Source: Chiloscyllium plagiosum
Lineage: Eukaryota
Direction: 5' to 3'
NCBI RefSeq assembly: GCF_004010195.1
Contig: NC_057720.1
Coordinates: 9,806,385 to 9,870,384 of the forward strand
Length of the DNA: 64,000 bases
This document shows positions 1 through 13,200 of the stretch, piece by piece. The first letter of the stretch is position 1, and the number at the start of each line of letters is the position of its first letter. The translations under genes were made by a program, and so were the position numbers. Under the pieces are notes generated by a model. The model worked only from the letters and a program-made list of their open reading frames with translations, was not told where the DNA came from and searched no databases.

Positions 1-365
1 CTTCCGCCTAGGAACCCTCCAACCAAAAGGGATGAATGCAGATTTCTCCAGCTTCCTCATTTCCACTCCCCCCACCTTATCTCAGTCCCAACCACAGGAC
101 TCAGCACCGCCTTCTAGACCTGTAATCTTCTTCCTGACCTCTCCGCCCCCACCTCCTCTCCGGCCTGTCACCCTCACCTTGACCTCCTTCCACCTATCGC
201 ATTTCCAACGCCCCTTCCCCAAGTCCCTCCTCCGTACCTTTTATCTTAGCCTGCTGGACACACTTTCCTCATTCCTGAAGAAGGGCTTATGCCCGAAACG
301 TCGATTCTCCTACTCCTTGGATGCTGCCTGACCTGTTGCGCTTTTCCAGCAACACATTTTTCAGT
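1..365 (+). mobile_element. Penelope-like element 3' end (GIY-YIG C-terminal tail plus pLTR)
   Basis: FRLGTLQPKGMNADFSSF at the window start, then a pyrimidine-rich spacer, then a CTGAAGA-AGGGCTTATGCCC-GAAACGTC hammerhead-like core at 275-302. Confidence 0.72.
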
Positions 366-451
366 TCAAACACGATCCCAATAGCTGAGTGGTTTTGTGG
401 AGCGTGCATCAGTTCCAAAGGCAATCAACTGGGTTTGGTCTTTGTTGATAG

Positions 452-631
452 ATTAGCAGCATCAAAGAACCACGTGCTGTTCTGGAGGCGATTGCTCGAA
501 ACACCACTGGAGGCCTTTCAGCCACTGATGTCCTTTTATATGTTGAAGTCCTCTCAAGATCAATCCCAACGCTGAGTGCAATCAACGAGACGATACCCGA
601 CAGAAGAGAGATCACCAATGCCACGATGAAG
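452..631 (+). CDS. ADGRL4: ADGRL4/ELTD1 coding exon (N-terminal part of GAIN domain), 180 bp, phase 0-0
   Basis: tttgttgatAG|ATT...AAG|GTaggt. Translates ISSIKEPRAVLEAIARNTTGGLSATDVLLYVEVLSRSIPTLSAINETIPDRREITNATMK, resembling ELTD1 IRSIKEPVALLQEVYRNSVTDLSPTDIITYIEIL. Confidence 0.88.
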
Positions 632-704
632 GTAGGTTAGTTAGAATGCTTGATGCTTCTTGTTTTATCACACGATGAGCGCTTGAAATCTTTATACCTA
701 CCGT

Positions 705-936
705 TGAAAGTCGAAAAGTGTGGCACTGGCAAAGCACAGCAGATCAGGCAGCATCCGAGGAGCAGGAGAGTCGACGATTCGGGCATAAGTCCTTCATCAG
801 GAATGTGTTATCAGAAAGGACTTATGCCCGAAACGTCGACTCCCCTGCTCCTTGGATGCTGCCTGACCTGCTGTGTTTTTCCAGTGCCACACTTCACAAC
901 TCTGAGTCTCCAGCATCTGCAGTCCTCACTTTCTCT
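705..936. repeat. Penelope pLTR-derived inverted-repeat element
   Basis: Arms at about 712-799 and 810-896 are reverse complements (agcacagcagatcaggcagcatcc / ggatgctgcctgacctgctgtgtt). Related copies at 1243-1437, 3650-3775, 8772-8935 and 37788-38003. Confidence 0.75.
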
Positions 937-994
937 TAGTCCCTGTATCGAAAGTCAAACTAACTCCCATCTTTCCCGTGCACACAAACTCTAG

Positions 995-1178
995 GCACTG
1001 GTTAAGACAGTGAACAATCTTTTAAGACCAGATGAAATGGCAGTGTGGAATGAAATTGGAGATAAGGAAAGGAGGAGAAGTGCCACAAAGCTGCTCCACG
1101 CTATGGAGACATCGGCCCTTGGCATCTCACATCACTTGAAAAGGACGACGGAGCTCGTATTTAAAGAGAGCGATGTTG
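995..1178 (+). CDS. ADGRL4: ADGRL4 coding exon (GAIN helical subdomain), 184 bp, phase 0-1
   Basis: ctctAG|GCA...GTTG|GTgagt. ALVKTVNNLLRPDEMAVWNEIGDKERRRSATKLLHAMETSALGISHHLKRTTELVFKESDV resembles ELTD1 FVKTVNNF...TKLMHTVEQATLRIS. Confidence 0.92.
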
Positions 1179-1859
1179 GTGAGTTGGGCAGGAAAGTGGA
1201 GTTGAGGGAAACATGAGATCAGCCATGACTGTACTAAATGGTGCAAGATTAGAGTGGTGCTGGAAAAGCACAGCAGGTCAGGCAGCATCCGAGGAAAATC
1301 GACGTTTCTTCTTGATGAAGGGCTCCTGCCCGAAATGTCGATTTTCCTGCTCCTCGGATGATGCCTACCCTGCTGTGATTTTCCAGCACCACTATAATCT
1401 TGACTCTAATCTCCAGCATCTGCAGTCTTCACTTTCGTTTTTACTAAATGGCGCTGTCAGCTCAAAGGGCTAAATGGCCGACTGCTGCTCCTAGTTCTTA
1501 TATCCTTTTGAGAGAAAAGCAGCGCTGTGGGTATGGTATTTCCCACATGGGATTGTTAAGAGTTTAAGTAAATTTGTGGTGCTCTTTTCTCAACATTTAC
1601 TTCTCATGTACTCATCAAAGAATGCTTCAACTCTGCCACTCTTTTTGAGTCAATATTTTTCATGCTGTCAGCTCCCAGCATCTCATTCAAATTCCAGTCA
1701 GCTTTGATCTACGGCAAGGTTCTGTAGCAAGAAAGAGAGGCTTGCAATTTTTACATCAGAGGATGCCCAAAACGTGAACGATTGACTTTGTTTGAGACGT
1801 ATTGTGGAAAGAGCAGCAGCCAATGTGCAAACAGAAGTACAGCAGGGAAATCTCCATGA

Positions 1860-3890
1860 AAATGAATACTTTTCGTCAATATTCACGCAGGAAAAAGGCA
1901 ATGTAGTCGAGGAGAATACTGAAATACAGACTACTAGACTAAATGGGATTGAGGTGCATACGGAGGAGGTGTTGGCAATTCTAGAAAGTGTAAAAATAGA
2001 AAAGTCCCCTGGGCCGGATGGGATTTATCCAAGGATTCTCTGAGAAGCCAGGGAGGAGATTGCAGAGCCTTTGGCTTTGATCTTTATGTCATCATTGTTG
2101 ACAGGAATAGTGCCAGAAGGCTGGAGGATAGCAAATGTAGTTCCCTTGTATAGAAGGAGAGTCAGGACAACCCTGGTAATTGTAGACCTGTGAGCTTTAC
2201 TTCTGTTGTGGGTAAAGAGTAGTAAGGGTATGGAATGCTTTGTCTGCATCGGTTGTAGATTCGCCAAGTTTAGGTGCATTTAAATCAGCATTGGACAGGC
2301 AAATGGACATACATGGAATGGTGTAGGTGGGATGGGCTTCAGATTACTATGACAGGGCGGCGCAAGATCGAGGGCCGAAGGGCCTGTACTGCGCTGTAAT
2401 GTTCTATGTTCTATGTAAAATGTTGGAAGGGTTATAAGAAATAGGATTTATAATCATCTAGAAAGGAATAAGTTGATTAGGGATAGTCAACGTGGTTTTG
2501 TGAAGGGTAGGTCATGCCTCACAAACCTTATTGAGTTCTTTGAGGTGGTGACCAAACAGGTGGATAAGGGTACAGTGGTTGATGTGGTGTATATGGATTT
2601 CAGTAAGGGGTTTGATAAGGCTCCCCATGGTAGGCTATTGCACAAAATACGGAGGCATGGAATTGAGGGTGATTTAGTGGTTTGGATCAGAAATTGGATA
2701 GCTGAAAGAAGACACAGGGTGGTGGTTGATGGGAAATATTTACCCTGGAGTTCAGTTACAAGTGGGGTACTGCAAGGATCTGTTTCGGGTCCACTGTTTT
2801 TTGTCATTTTTATAAATGACCTGGATGAATGCATAGAAGGTTGGGTTAGTAAATTTGCAGATGACACTCAGGTTGGTAGAGTTGTGGATCGTAATGAAGG
2901 ATGTTGTAAGTTACAGAGAGACATAGATAAGCTGCAGAGATGGGATGAGAGGTGACAAATGGAGATTAATGTGGAGAAGTGTGAGGTGATTCACTTTGGA
3001 AGGAGTAATAGGAATGCAGAGTACTGGGCTAATGGTAAGATTATTGGTAGTGTGGATGAGCAGAGAGATCTTGGTGTCCAGGTACATTGATCCCTGAAAT
3101 GTTGCCACCCAGGTTGATAGGGTTGTTAAGAAGTCATGTGGTGTGTTAGCTTTTAGTGGGAGAGGAATTGAGTTTTGGAACCATGAGGTCATGCTGCACC
3201 TGTACAAAACTCTGGTGCAGTCACATTTAGGGTATTATGTAAAGTTCTGGTCACCGCATTATAGGAAGGATGTGGAAGCTTTGGAAAAGGTTCAGAGGAG
3301 ATTTACTAGGATGTTGCCTGGTATGGAGGGAAGGTCATATGAGGAAAGGCTGCGGGACTTGAGGCTGTTTTCGTTAGGGAGAAGAAGGTTGAGAGGTGAC
3401 TTAATTGAGACATATAAGATAATCAGAGGGTTAGATAGGTTGGACAAGGAGACCCTTTTTCCTTGGATGGCGATGGCTAGCACGAGGGGGTATAGCTTTA
3501 AATTGAGGGATGATAGATATAGGACAGATGTCAGAGGTAGTTTCTTTACTCAGAGAGTAGTAGGGACGTGGAACCCACAGCCTACAACAGCATTAGACTC
3601 ACAAACTTTAAGAGCATTTAAATGGTCATTGGATATGAATATGGATGAGTCTGATGAAGGCCTTTTGCCCGAAATGTCAATTTTCCAGCTCCTCCGTTGC
3701 TGCCTGACCTGCTGTGCTTTTCCAGCACCACTCTAATCTTGACTCTAATCTCTAGCATCTGCAGTACTCACCTCCACCAATATGGACGGGAATGGAATAG
3801 TGTAGGTTAGATGGGCTTCAGATTGGTTCCACAGGTCGGCGCAATATCGAGGGTTGAAGGGCCTGTACTGTGCTGTAATGTTCTATATTC
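1860..3890 (+). mobile_element. CR1-clade LINE, 5'-truncated ORF2 (RT) and 3' UTR, with nested insertions
   Basis: KSPGPDGIYPRIL, GFVKGRSCLTNLIEFFE, YMDFSKGFD, SGVLQGSVSGP and SKFADDT motifs. A short CR1 3' end is nested at about 2217-2414 and a Penelope arm at about 3650-3775. Confidence 0.93.
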
Positions 3891-5661
3891 AGTGTTCTTG
3901 AAAGTAGCGTCAAGGGTTTCTTTCCATGCATCTCAGAGAGCAGACAAGGCCTTAGTTTCACTTGTCATCTGAACAATGTTGCAGCCAAGACACTCTCACT
4001 TCTGCACTGAAGTGTAGTATCAGAAACTACATGATACCTCATGTTTAAAGAACTATTCCCCTGAGATATAGGATCATCCGTAGGCCATTCAGCCCATTGA
4101 GCAGTGTCAGCAGCCATTTCGTCATCTGCCAGTGTCCCGAGCTCTGGAAATCCATCCCCACTTTGCTCTATTCTCACCACTTCTCGTTTAACTCACTCTT
4201 CCGAACACGCCTCTTTGGCCCCGCCTCTGGTCATCTATCCTAATACCTCCTTATCTGGCACAGTGTAACTTCTGCCTGATAATAAATTCTGCAAAGTGCC
4301 TTGGGACATTTTGCAATTTAAAACTGGTTAAATAAGAGCACTTGCAGGGGAGATTACTAGCGGATCATGCGGGGTTTACATTGAGACAAATGGAAATCCT
4401 ATTCTGTAAGTAGAAGCTTACCTGCAATAAAAAGGCAAATTTTATGCTAATAATTTGAATCAATTACAAAGAAAAATGGTTCATGTCATTTCCAAGCAGC
4501 GCAGGCTTACAGCAAGTGAGCTGAATGAGTGGTTAGTTTAAAGAAAAAGTATAGTTGGTGGAAATCTGAAGCCAATGCAAATAGTGAAGAGAATGCAAAA
4601 CACGACAGTTTCTGGAGAGAATGGGTGAGATTCCTGTTAATGTGTAAAACAAAGTTATGGCGAGGAAGAAATATACCATGGTTCCATCATGAAGCCTTGT
4701 AAAAAAGCTGAAATTACCCTGCCCATGAGCACTAAGCACCATGTATTGTTACAACGAAATAAACTTTCCACAGAATGTCTGACGCTGGCACTTAATAGCA
4801 TAAGGACTCTTTTAATAATGAGATTTGTGCCCTGTAATATCATGCTCAGGAAAGTAAACAATTGATCAGTCTCCTTGCTTCAGGCAACAAATTGTACCGA
4901 GAGGTTTTCAAATTTAAAATTTTATAAGTTTTAATGTTTCTTTATTCATACTGTCCCTTTTCACTCCCTGTTTTTCCCCTCGCTCTTTATTTTGCTATGT
5001 GTATTTAATCTGACATTAATTCTCCCTACTTCCTCTTTGACCTGTCCTCGCTTTCTCTCCCGTACCCCTAAAACTCATTGGTTACAGCATAGACTATTTA
5101 TCCAAAACCCCAGGTGTCCCATTCCCATCGCTGAGATCATTATCAGCTTTTACTTCTCTCAAAAGGTTTTGAACTAAATGTGAATGAAATGAATTTAATG
5201 AGTGGAATGTACCAGTAAACTCTCAGATAATGCTTTGTGAACTACCATCACACTTTTCATGTGTGTGCTGTTCAAACTCATTGTAGCCCTTTCACTCTTT
5301 AGAGGCTCATTCTGTCAAAATGCGCCAGTTTTTTTTTGCATTTGTTAATTACCTCCTTGTTTTTCAGACCATGAGGCAATGATATTCTCTTCCTTCATTT
5401 TCTTTTTCTTTGAAATCTTCCCTCCATAACATCCCTTGCATATACGTTTCCTCATAAGATGTGCCCAGGCACCACCTCAGTCAGTCCATAACTTCTTCCC
5501 ACACATTTCATTGTACACTTAGCCTCCTCAGCATTTTGACATCTGTTAATTTTTCTGTCCAGTTGATCCTTTCCACTCTCTTCCAAGGGAAGATATTCAG
5601 CAAGTTGGTCTCTCTCTCTTGTACCATCAGCCCCAAGTCTAACGTCCACACCCAACACCAT

Positions 5662-5967
5662 GGGTTGCATGGTGGTTCAGTGGTTAGCACAGCACCAGGG
5701 TCCCAAGTTCGATTTCCAGCCTTGGGTGACTGTCTGTGTGGAGTTTGTACATTTTCCCTGTGTCTGTGTGGGTTTCCTCCGGGTGCTCCGGTTTCCCCCC
5801 ACAATCCAAAGATGTGCAGGTCAGGTGAATTGGCCATGCTAAATTGCCCGTAGTGTTAGGTGCATTAGTCAGAGGGAAATGGGTCTGGGTGGGTTACTTT
5901 TCCGAGGGTCGGTGTGGACTTGTTGGGCCGAAGGGCCTGTTTCCACACTGTAGGGAATCTAATCTAA
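5662..5967 (+). mobile_element. HE1-type tRNA-derived V-SINE
   Basis: A-box (tggttcagtgg), B-box-like gttcgatt, central core GTGGAGTTTGxACATT...GGGTTTCCTCCGGGTGCTCCGGTTTCC, CR1-derived tail ggccgaagggcctgtttcc and (aatct)n. Further copies at about 9007-9241(-), 13755-14030(+), 16130-16393(-), 16620-17170(+), 18941-19232(-), 23183-23494(-), 24850-25149(+), 28761-29043(-), 30924-31219(-), 34588-34901(+), 52952-53155(+), 56266-56590(+) and 60020-60353(-). Confidence 0.9.
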
Positions 5968-6004
5968 CAATATCCCAAATCAAGCTCTTTGTAACTTTCT
6001 CCTT

Positions 6005-7050
6005 GAGTTATAGAAATGTACATCACAGAAACAGACCTTTCAGTCCAACTAGAACATGCTGACCAGATATCATAAATTAACCGAGTCTCATTTGCCAGCA
6101 TTTGGCCCATATCCCTCTCAACCCTTCCTATTCATATACCCATCCAGCTGCTTTTCAAATGTTGTAATTGTACCAGCCTCCACCACTTCCTCTGGCACCT
6201 CATTCCATACACGTACCACCCTCTGGTAAAAAAGTTGCCTCTTGGGTCCTTTTTAAATCTTTCCCCTCTCACCTTAAACCTGCTCCCTCTAGTTTTGCAC
6301 TTCCATACCCTTGAAAAAGACCTTGGCTTTCACTTTATCCATGCCCCTCCTGGTTTTATAAACTTCAGTGACATCACCCCTCAGTCTCAGACACTCCAGG
6401 GAAAACAGCCCCAGCCTGTTCAGCCTCTCCCTATAGCTCAGACCCTCCAACCCTGGCAACATCCTTGTAAATCTTTCCTGAACCCTTTCAAGTTTCACAA
6501 TATCCTTCCTGTAGCAGGGTGACCAGAACTGAATGCAGTATTACACAATTGGCCTTATCAATGTCCTGTATAGCCACAACATGACATCTCAGCACCTATA
6601 TTCAGTGCACTGACCAATAAAGGAAAGCATACCAAATGCATCCTTCACTGCCCTGTCTACCTGTGACTCCACTTTCAAGGAAGTATGAACCTGTACTCCA
6701 AGGTCTCTTTGTTCAGCAACACTCCCCAGAACCTTACCATTAATTGTGTAAGTCCTGCCCTGATATGCCTTTCCAAAATGCAACACCTCACATTTATCTA
6801 AATTAAACTCCATCTGCCACTCCTCAACCCATATAACCAAGGTCCCATTGTACTCTGAGGTAACCTTCTTTGCTGTCCACTCCATCACCAATTTTGGTGT
6901 CATCTGCAAACTGACTAACTATACCTCCTACATTCACATTCAAATAATTTATATAAATGACAAAAAACAGTGAATCCACAGTGGATCCTTGCCACACAAT
7001 GCTAGTCACAGGCCTCTAGTCTGAAAAGCAACCCTCCACCACCCTCTGTA
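6005..7050 (-). mobile_element. CR1 LINE 3' fragment
   Basis: SQFADDTKIG, QMEFNLDKCEVLHFGK and [15 protein letters not shown] on the minus strand. Confidence 0.92.
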
Positions 7051-7531
7051 GTATGGGCCTGAAAAATAAGAGGCAGACAGTCAATTGACATAACTTCAAA
7101 AAAGGTACTCAGGAATAATAATTGTACAAAAAGCACAGGCAAACTGGAATGGAGCACGCTCGAAAAGTCAATCCTGGACACGGAAGTTCATTCCAAAAAG
7201 CATGCAGGAGTCGAAAGAGGCAGTGTAGATGTGGGTGATGCTATTGCGTTCATTATCTTGACAATGCATTGAAGCGTTAGCAACTGAGGCAAGCTGACAG
7301 TCACGTGACTAGGAAATGCAAAACTCTCATAACTCTCAGCAGAAACAGTAGCCTGAAAATATCGCTGTTGAAATTCAGTGTTGTGTTCCCAATTCTGTCT
7401 GTGAATTATTTATGGACCTTGTTGCGTTTTACTGACAGGTGTACGGTCTATGTTTATATTTAGAAGTGTCTGAGCAGACAGGGCTGACAATTCATGACTT
7501 ATTAATGACACATATTTCTCTGCTCCCACAG

Positions 7532-7648
7532 CCCTTAAACTATACGCTTTTGATTTAAGCCGTGATAAGCAGCTCCGTCCTCATGCAAATCTGAATGGGA
7601 ATCACTTAAGTATCTCTCAACGGAAAACTGAAATGGCCAGCTACAATG
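7532..7648 (+). CDS. ADGRL4: ADGRL4 coding exon (GAIN), 117 bp, phase 1-1
   Basis: cccacAG|CC...AATG|GTaagt. (A)LKLYAFDLSRDKQLRPHANLNGNHLSISQRKTEMASYN(G) resembles ELTD1 ALKVFFFDSYNMKHIHPHMNMDGD. Too short for the ORF track; the phase fits both neighbours. Confidence 0.88.
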
Positions 7649-7681
7649 GTAAGTAACAAGTGACTGACATACACTTCACGG

Positions 7682-8000
7682 TTACTGCTGAACAAAGAGA
7701 CCTTGGGGTGCAGGTGCATTGCTCCTCGAAAGTGGATTTGCAAGTGGACAAGATAGTGAAGAAGGCGTTTGATACACTGGTCTTGAGCAGAAGGTGGTGT
7801 GTGTATGGAATGAGCTGCCAGAGGAAGTGATGGAGGCTGGTACAATTGCAACATTTAAAACGCATCTGGATGGGTATATGGATAGGAAGGGTTTGGAGGA
7901 ATATAGGCCAAGTGCTGGCAAATTGGACTAGATTAATTCAGGTTATCTGGTGGACATGGACTAGTTGGACCCAAGGGTCTGTTTCCGTGGTGTGCATCTG
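7682..8000 (+). mobile_element. Internally deleted CR1 3' fragment filling most of a 426-bp intron
   Basis: gctgaacaaagagaccttggggtgcagg joined to ggaatgagctgccagaggaag...gggtctgtttcc. Confidence 0.85.
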
Positions 8001-8074
8001 TAGGATCAGTTAGTAGTGGGGTTTCCTTGTCCTGTGTCAGCTATCAAAAATGTTTTCTCTTTGTATCCCACCAG

Positions 8075-8280
8075 GGACGCTCACCATCATTTTCCTGCAG
8101 TACAGCAGTATTGGCTCACTCTTTAGACTGTCTAACAGCTCGCAGGACGGGGACCACAATGGGACTGCGATACGACTGAACAATGTGGTCAACTCGCCCA
8201 TTGTTGCTGCAGCAATCAAAGCGAACCCTCCATCTCTGTACCTCATGGATTACATAGTGTTCACCCTGAAGCACCTCGAG
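8075..8280 (+). CDS. ADGRL4: ADGRL4 coding exon (GAIN beta subdomain), 206 bp, phase 1-0
   Basis: cccaccAG|GG...GAG|GTcagt. TLTIIFLQYSSIGSLF...VVNSPIVAAAIKANPPSLYLMDYIVFTLKHLE resembles ELTD1 AFVYYKSIGPLL...SNPPTLYELEKITFTLSH. Confidence 0.92.
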
Positions 8281-10096
8281 GTCAGTGCCCACATATGCAA
8301 TGGCAATCAAGTGTACCTTGGTTGCAGTAGGAAGCTGTAGGGCTTCCTGTGCAAGGAGGGAACTAGAAAGTGTTCATTTGTGTTCAAGAAGCTAAAGGGA
8401 ACCCATCACAGTCACTCCTGAGGCTGAGGGTGTCCCTGGAGATTTGAATGATGGATCTCCGTGAGCAGGATTTTTTGGATGGGGGTATTTTGCACCCTGG
8501 TACCTGAAGAGTGAGCAGGGCATGCCTTCTCTTCCCACTCACCCCCACCCCCCCCGAAAGCCCACATCATTTCAAACATTTGGTAGAATGCTAAGCGGCT
8601 AAAGGCAAGACTTTTACACCTGTTTGGGGAGGAAGTCCCAGTATCGTGAAGAGATTGGGATTTAGGTTTCAGAGGTGGTGGGAGGCACAGGTATCTCTGA
8701 TGGACGCAGGGGAAGCTCTGAAGCAACTACATTCCCTGCCTTACTTGATGCCAGCCCACACAGTTGATGTTGGAGAAAGTGAGGACTGCAGATGTTGGAG
8801 ATCAGAGTTGAGAGTGTGGTGCTGGAAAAGCACAGCAGGTCAGGCAGCATCCAAGGAGCAGGAGAATTGGCACTTCGGGCATAAACCCTTCAACAGGAAT
8901 CAGCCTGGATGAAGGGCTTATGCCCGAAACGTTGATACACAGTTAAAGTTGCTGAGTTCCCACTTGATGAGAGTACACGAGCGATGGAGGTGGGTCGGGA
9001 CACTTAAATCATAGAATCCCTACTGACCTTCCAAAGAGCATCCCACCCAGACCCACACCATCTTTATAACCCTGCATTGACCGTGACTAATATACCTAGC
9101 CTGCACATCTTTGGAGGAAAGCCACGGGGACACGGGGAGAATGTGCAAACCCCCCACAGACAGTCACCCGAAGCTGGAATCAAACCCGGGTCCCTGGCAC
9201 TGTGAGGTAGCAGTGCCAACCACTGAGCCACCATGCTGCTCCATGGCATTAATCAAGCGCCTGGAGGCCTCAATAGTCCTAAGGACAAGCAGTCTGCCCG
9301 ACATTCTGAGCCTGGTAAAATGAAAAATGCAAATGAGGCTGGGAAAGGGATGATGAGGCAGTGCTTAGGACACACACAGCATTTTACAAAACTGCCCACC
9401 ATCAAAGCCTATTTGGCTGGGTCTGGTAAAATTCTGTCCTGTAAGTGAGATCTCATTCACAGTCCCTTTACAGCTAAGAAAATAATGACGCTTTGAAAAT
9501 AAAACCGAGGAAGATTTTCTTTTTATTATGCACAGTGGATGTAAAGGATTTAATTCATATTCACACACGAAGGGTGTCTGCAGGTTTGGGTCATAGTCTA
9601 TGCCAATCCTAACTGAGGTGGAAGGGGTGGTTCAGTAGCTGTAGGCTGCATAAAGGGAACACCAAGCCAGTCCTGTCTGCTATCAGTGATCAAAGCCTAT
9701 TCTCCCTCGATTTAATATCCCCATTAATCTTGACGTTCTGTTATTCAAGTAGCTAAAATTTGGCAGAATATTGAGTAAATACAAAGTGAATAAATAATTT
9801 AACTAGTAAATATTTAATACTTAAAACAAGAAAAGTTGGTTTGATAAATGTATCTCAGTATCTTTTAACGGAAAACATCTTATTACTGGGAGTAATTTAT
9901 TTGTTAAATGACCTTCATGTAATGATTCATTTAAACAGATTACAATTTTCACATCGATGATGAACAGCTTTGGCCTTTTTACATTTCTTTCTCTTGCTTT
10001 CCGCTTGGATGTTATGTACAGGAACGTGTTATCTGTTGGCACGTAGCCTTTGAATCGAAAGTAAGTCTGTCCTTTCTCATTCTATCTGTGCTTTAG

Positions 10097-10270
10097 CCTC
10101 TGGAAAAGCAGAAAGCTGTGTGTGTATTTTGGAATTATTCCACTGTCAGCATGGAGGGTGAGTGGGCCACAGAAGGTTGCAAGACCCTCCACTTCAATGC
10201 CACGCACACCACGTGCAGATGTAGCCACCTGACCAATTTTGCGGTTCTGATGTCTTCCTTCCAGATCAGT
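10097..10270 (+). CDS. ADGRL4: ADGRL4 coding exon with GPS autoproteolysis motif, 174 bp, phase 0-0
   Basis: ctttAG|CCT...AGT|GTaagt. [58 protein letters not shown] is a canonical GPS. Confidence 0.96.
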
Positions 10271-13200
10271 GTAAGTATCAAAGCTCTTACAGAGGGAGTC
10301 AGCAGCATGGAGAGTGGCTTCAGTGTCACCAGCCACAGTCAGAAAGGTACAATGTGGAGACAAAAAAGAAAGCATTTGCATTAATGTTGCACCTTTCACA
10401 ACCCTTGGGTTGTTCTGAAGTGATTGACAGCCACTGAATTATTCGTTTGAAGCATTGTCGCTGTCGTAATGAAGGATTCACGATCTATGCCTTGTAAACT
10501 CCCTCAGAAGGAAACGTGATCCTTTTCCCAGCACCTGAACTATGTGTGCATTGCCAAGAAAGTTCAAAAATGTGGCAGAAATGGGAAAATTAGATTCTCG
10601 ACACTGAGATAAAGAATTCTGGTTTTCCACCTAAAGGTTTCAATGGTTATATCAGCACCTGACTTCTCAGTGGTAGAGATCCGATTACGGTAGCTTTATA
10701 TCTCATTTGTTGCTCATCTCATCTCATGCCTGCGCAGGTTTCCATTTTTCCAGGGGCTGGTGAGCAACTAGAAGGTGCCAATTTCTAACATGGAAGTGAG
10801 AGTGGTAACCTTTAATGACTGTAGCTTGGAGTTTTATTCTTGGGTTTGCATGTTGACCTTCACCCTCTGTCTAGTGAAGGTGGCAGAGGTAAATCCTGGC
10901 CTCAACATGGCCCATATCAAGCTATCCCATGATATCTTTCAAAAACACTTCCAACTAGGAGGACAAGGGCAGTAGATTCATCGAGTCACTTGAAATCTCC
11001 TCTCCAAGTCATTCACCACCTTGACTGGGAAATGTTCCTTCACTGTCGCTGGGTCAAAATCCTGGAATCCCTCCCTAAGGGCATTGTGGGTTTACTACCA
11101 CAAAGCGGATTGTAACAGTTCAAGATGGCAGCTGAGTACCACTTTCTCCAGGGCAAACTAGAAATGGGCAATAAGTGCTTGCCTAGCCGAGCTATAAGCC
11201 ACATCTTATGAATGATTAGAAATGGCACAGTTCAGCATTGCTGCATTTTGGAGCTCACTGATATCTTTCACAGCACGCTACTGTCAGGGCTTCACTTGCA
11301 GGAACATACGTCCACTTCATGCATTGGAACAAGATGCATTTCCAGCGATCCCGTTTGCTTTCTTAGCACCCACTCACTTTGCATTCCTTCGACATTCCAT
11401 GCATTGCCATTTCAGTCAGAGATTAGTCGGACCATAACTTTGTCTCACCTTCTCTTTTAGCTGAGACAGAAAGCCGGGCAACTTGTTCTGATTACTGGCA
11501 CGGAATGGTTAAGGGGTGGATATTTTGGTGTGTGGCACTGTGCGACATCAACCTCACACCGTATGGCAGGTGCCAGCCATTTAGCAAGAGAAGCATGTGC
11601 TTCAAGCAAAATGTCACATGGGGAAGTCTTAAGGGGTGCTGTCATTCTTTGGCCAGTCAGGGCGTATTGGCCACAGTCAGTTAAGGACATCATCTGATCT
11701 CACTCCAGGATGTTGGCCACAGTTAGTCAGGGACTTGGTGCGATCATAGTCCAGGGATCTGCGACCCCGCCCCCACCCCACCACAATCCAGGGATTGGGA
11801 CACAGTCAGTCCCGCAGGTCAGGTCCAACCATTTCTGGGATTACTCGGATGTTAGTCACAAGCCACTCAGAAATCTTTCAGTGAGGGGGGGGGGTCTCAG
11901 GTGGGTTAGGGGGCCAGGGTGGGCTGTCGTCCCAAGTCAGTCCCTGGATGTGGCGCACAGTCAGTTCCGGAAGCTCAGGCTATGAACCTCAGTGGAGCTA
12001 GGCATGCTTCGCTAGAGAAATTTGGTAACTCTGGGTCCAGTTCACTGAAACAAAGAGGGGCTCAATGTTTGTGATGGAGCACAACTCCTAATTTAAAAGT
12101 GCGAGCCAATACTGCATGGGAGGGCGTAGGGTACTGCAGGAGGAGAGCTCTTTGGAAGTTCCCCAACACCCTGGCTTTGATGGAAGGACAATGGATAATG
12201 ATGTTGGTGATGTTGATGGCTATACACCAGCCTGAGGCACAGGGAGAAGGTTAAGGACATTAATAGTTAAAAAGTGTGGCGGTTCAAATCTCAAAGTGTT
12301 GACAGGGTCTTCAGTACCAAATGGAACATGAAGACTGGGGCTCTGGTCATGGGCTTGCACCCAGAAGCACAGGTTGAATCTCTGGAATGTGAATGTTAGA
12401 AAGACATGAGGAAGCCCTCTGTCTTCTACCAAACCTCAACTGCACAATAAAAGAGTAGTAACAGAATGTCTGCCAGAACAGCCAGAGAGTGCGGAGTAAG
12501 TTGGTTTTGATCAGCCTACAGGGCTGGGTAGCGTGAGACCTGTCAAAGTACGATCGCATTAACCAGGCACTCAGAGATCTGAACTGACACCCGCCTACCA
12601 CAACATTAATCCATACTTTCAGTAACCATCAACGTGGGCTAGGAATCCTGGCTATAATGTCCACCTCACTGATCATTGCGAATTAATCCTAACAATCTCT
12701 GTAAAGTGGAAGTAATTACAAGCAACCTTTAAATTGTCACGTTTGATTGACAGTTCCCAAATATATTCCATAGCGCTCATTGCCTGCATCAGGGCACATC
12801 TTTTTGTCACATGTTTAGCTGTAAATGGATCAAAACCTGCTCTCACACACAATGCTGATCACACCCAGACCCCGGTATTGCACTGAGCTGCAGATGGATT
12901 TGTGCTTCTAATCATCACCTTCCTGTAATCCACGTCCATTCAGCTGTCGTACCAAGAATAAAATGACAGAAGCTGCCCCTTCTTAGCGCCATAGAGCATT
13001 GATATATTTGTGGCCAGAGCTTTGGGAGACTCAGCAAGGGTTATACGTTTACAGAATCAAAGAATTGTACAGTACAGAAGAGGCCTTCAGTCCATTGAGT
13101 CTGTTCCACCAGAAATATACTGTTAGCAAACCAGCCTCACTTTCCCCCATTGGGTCCTCAGCAGGTCCTTGAAGGAGTCAATTGAGCAGGCTCTGGGTGA

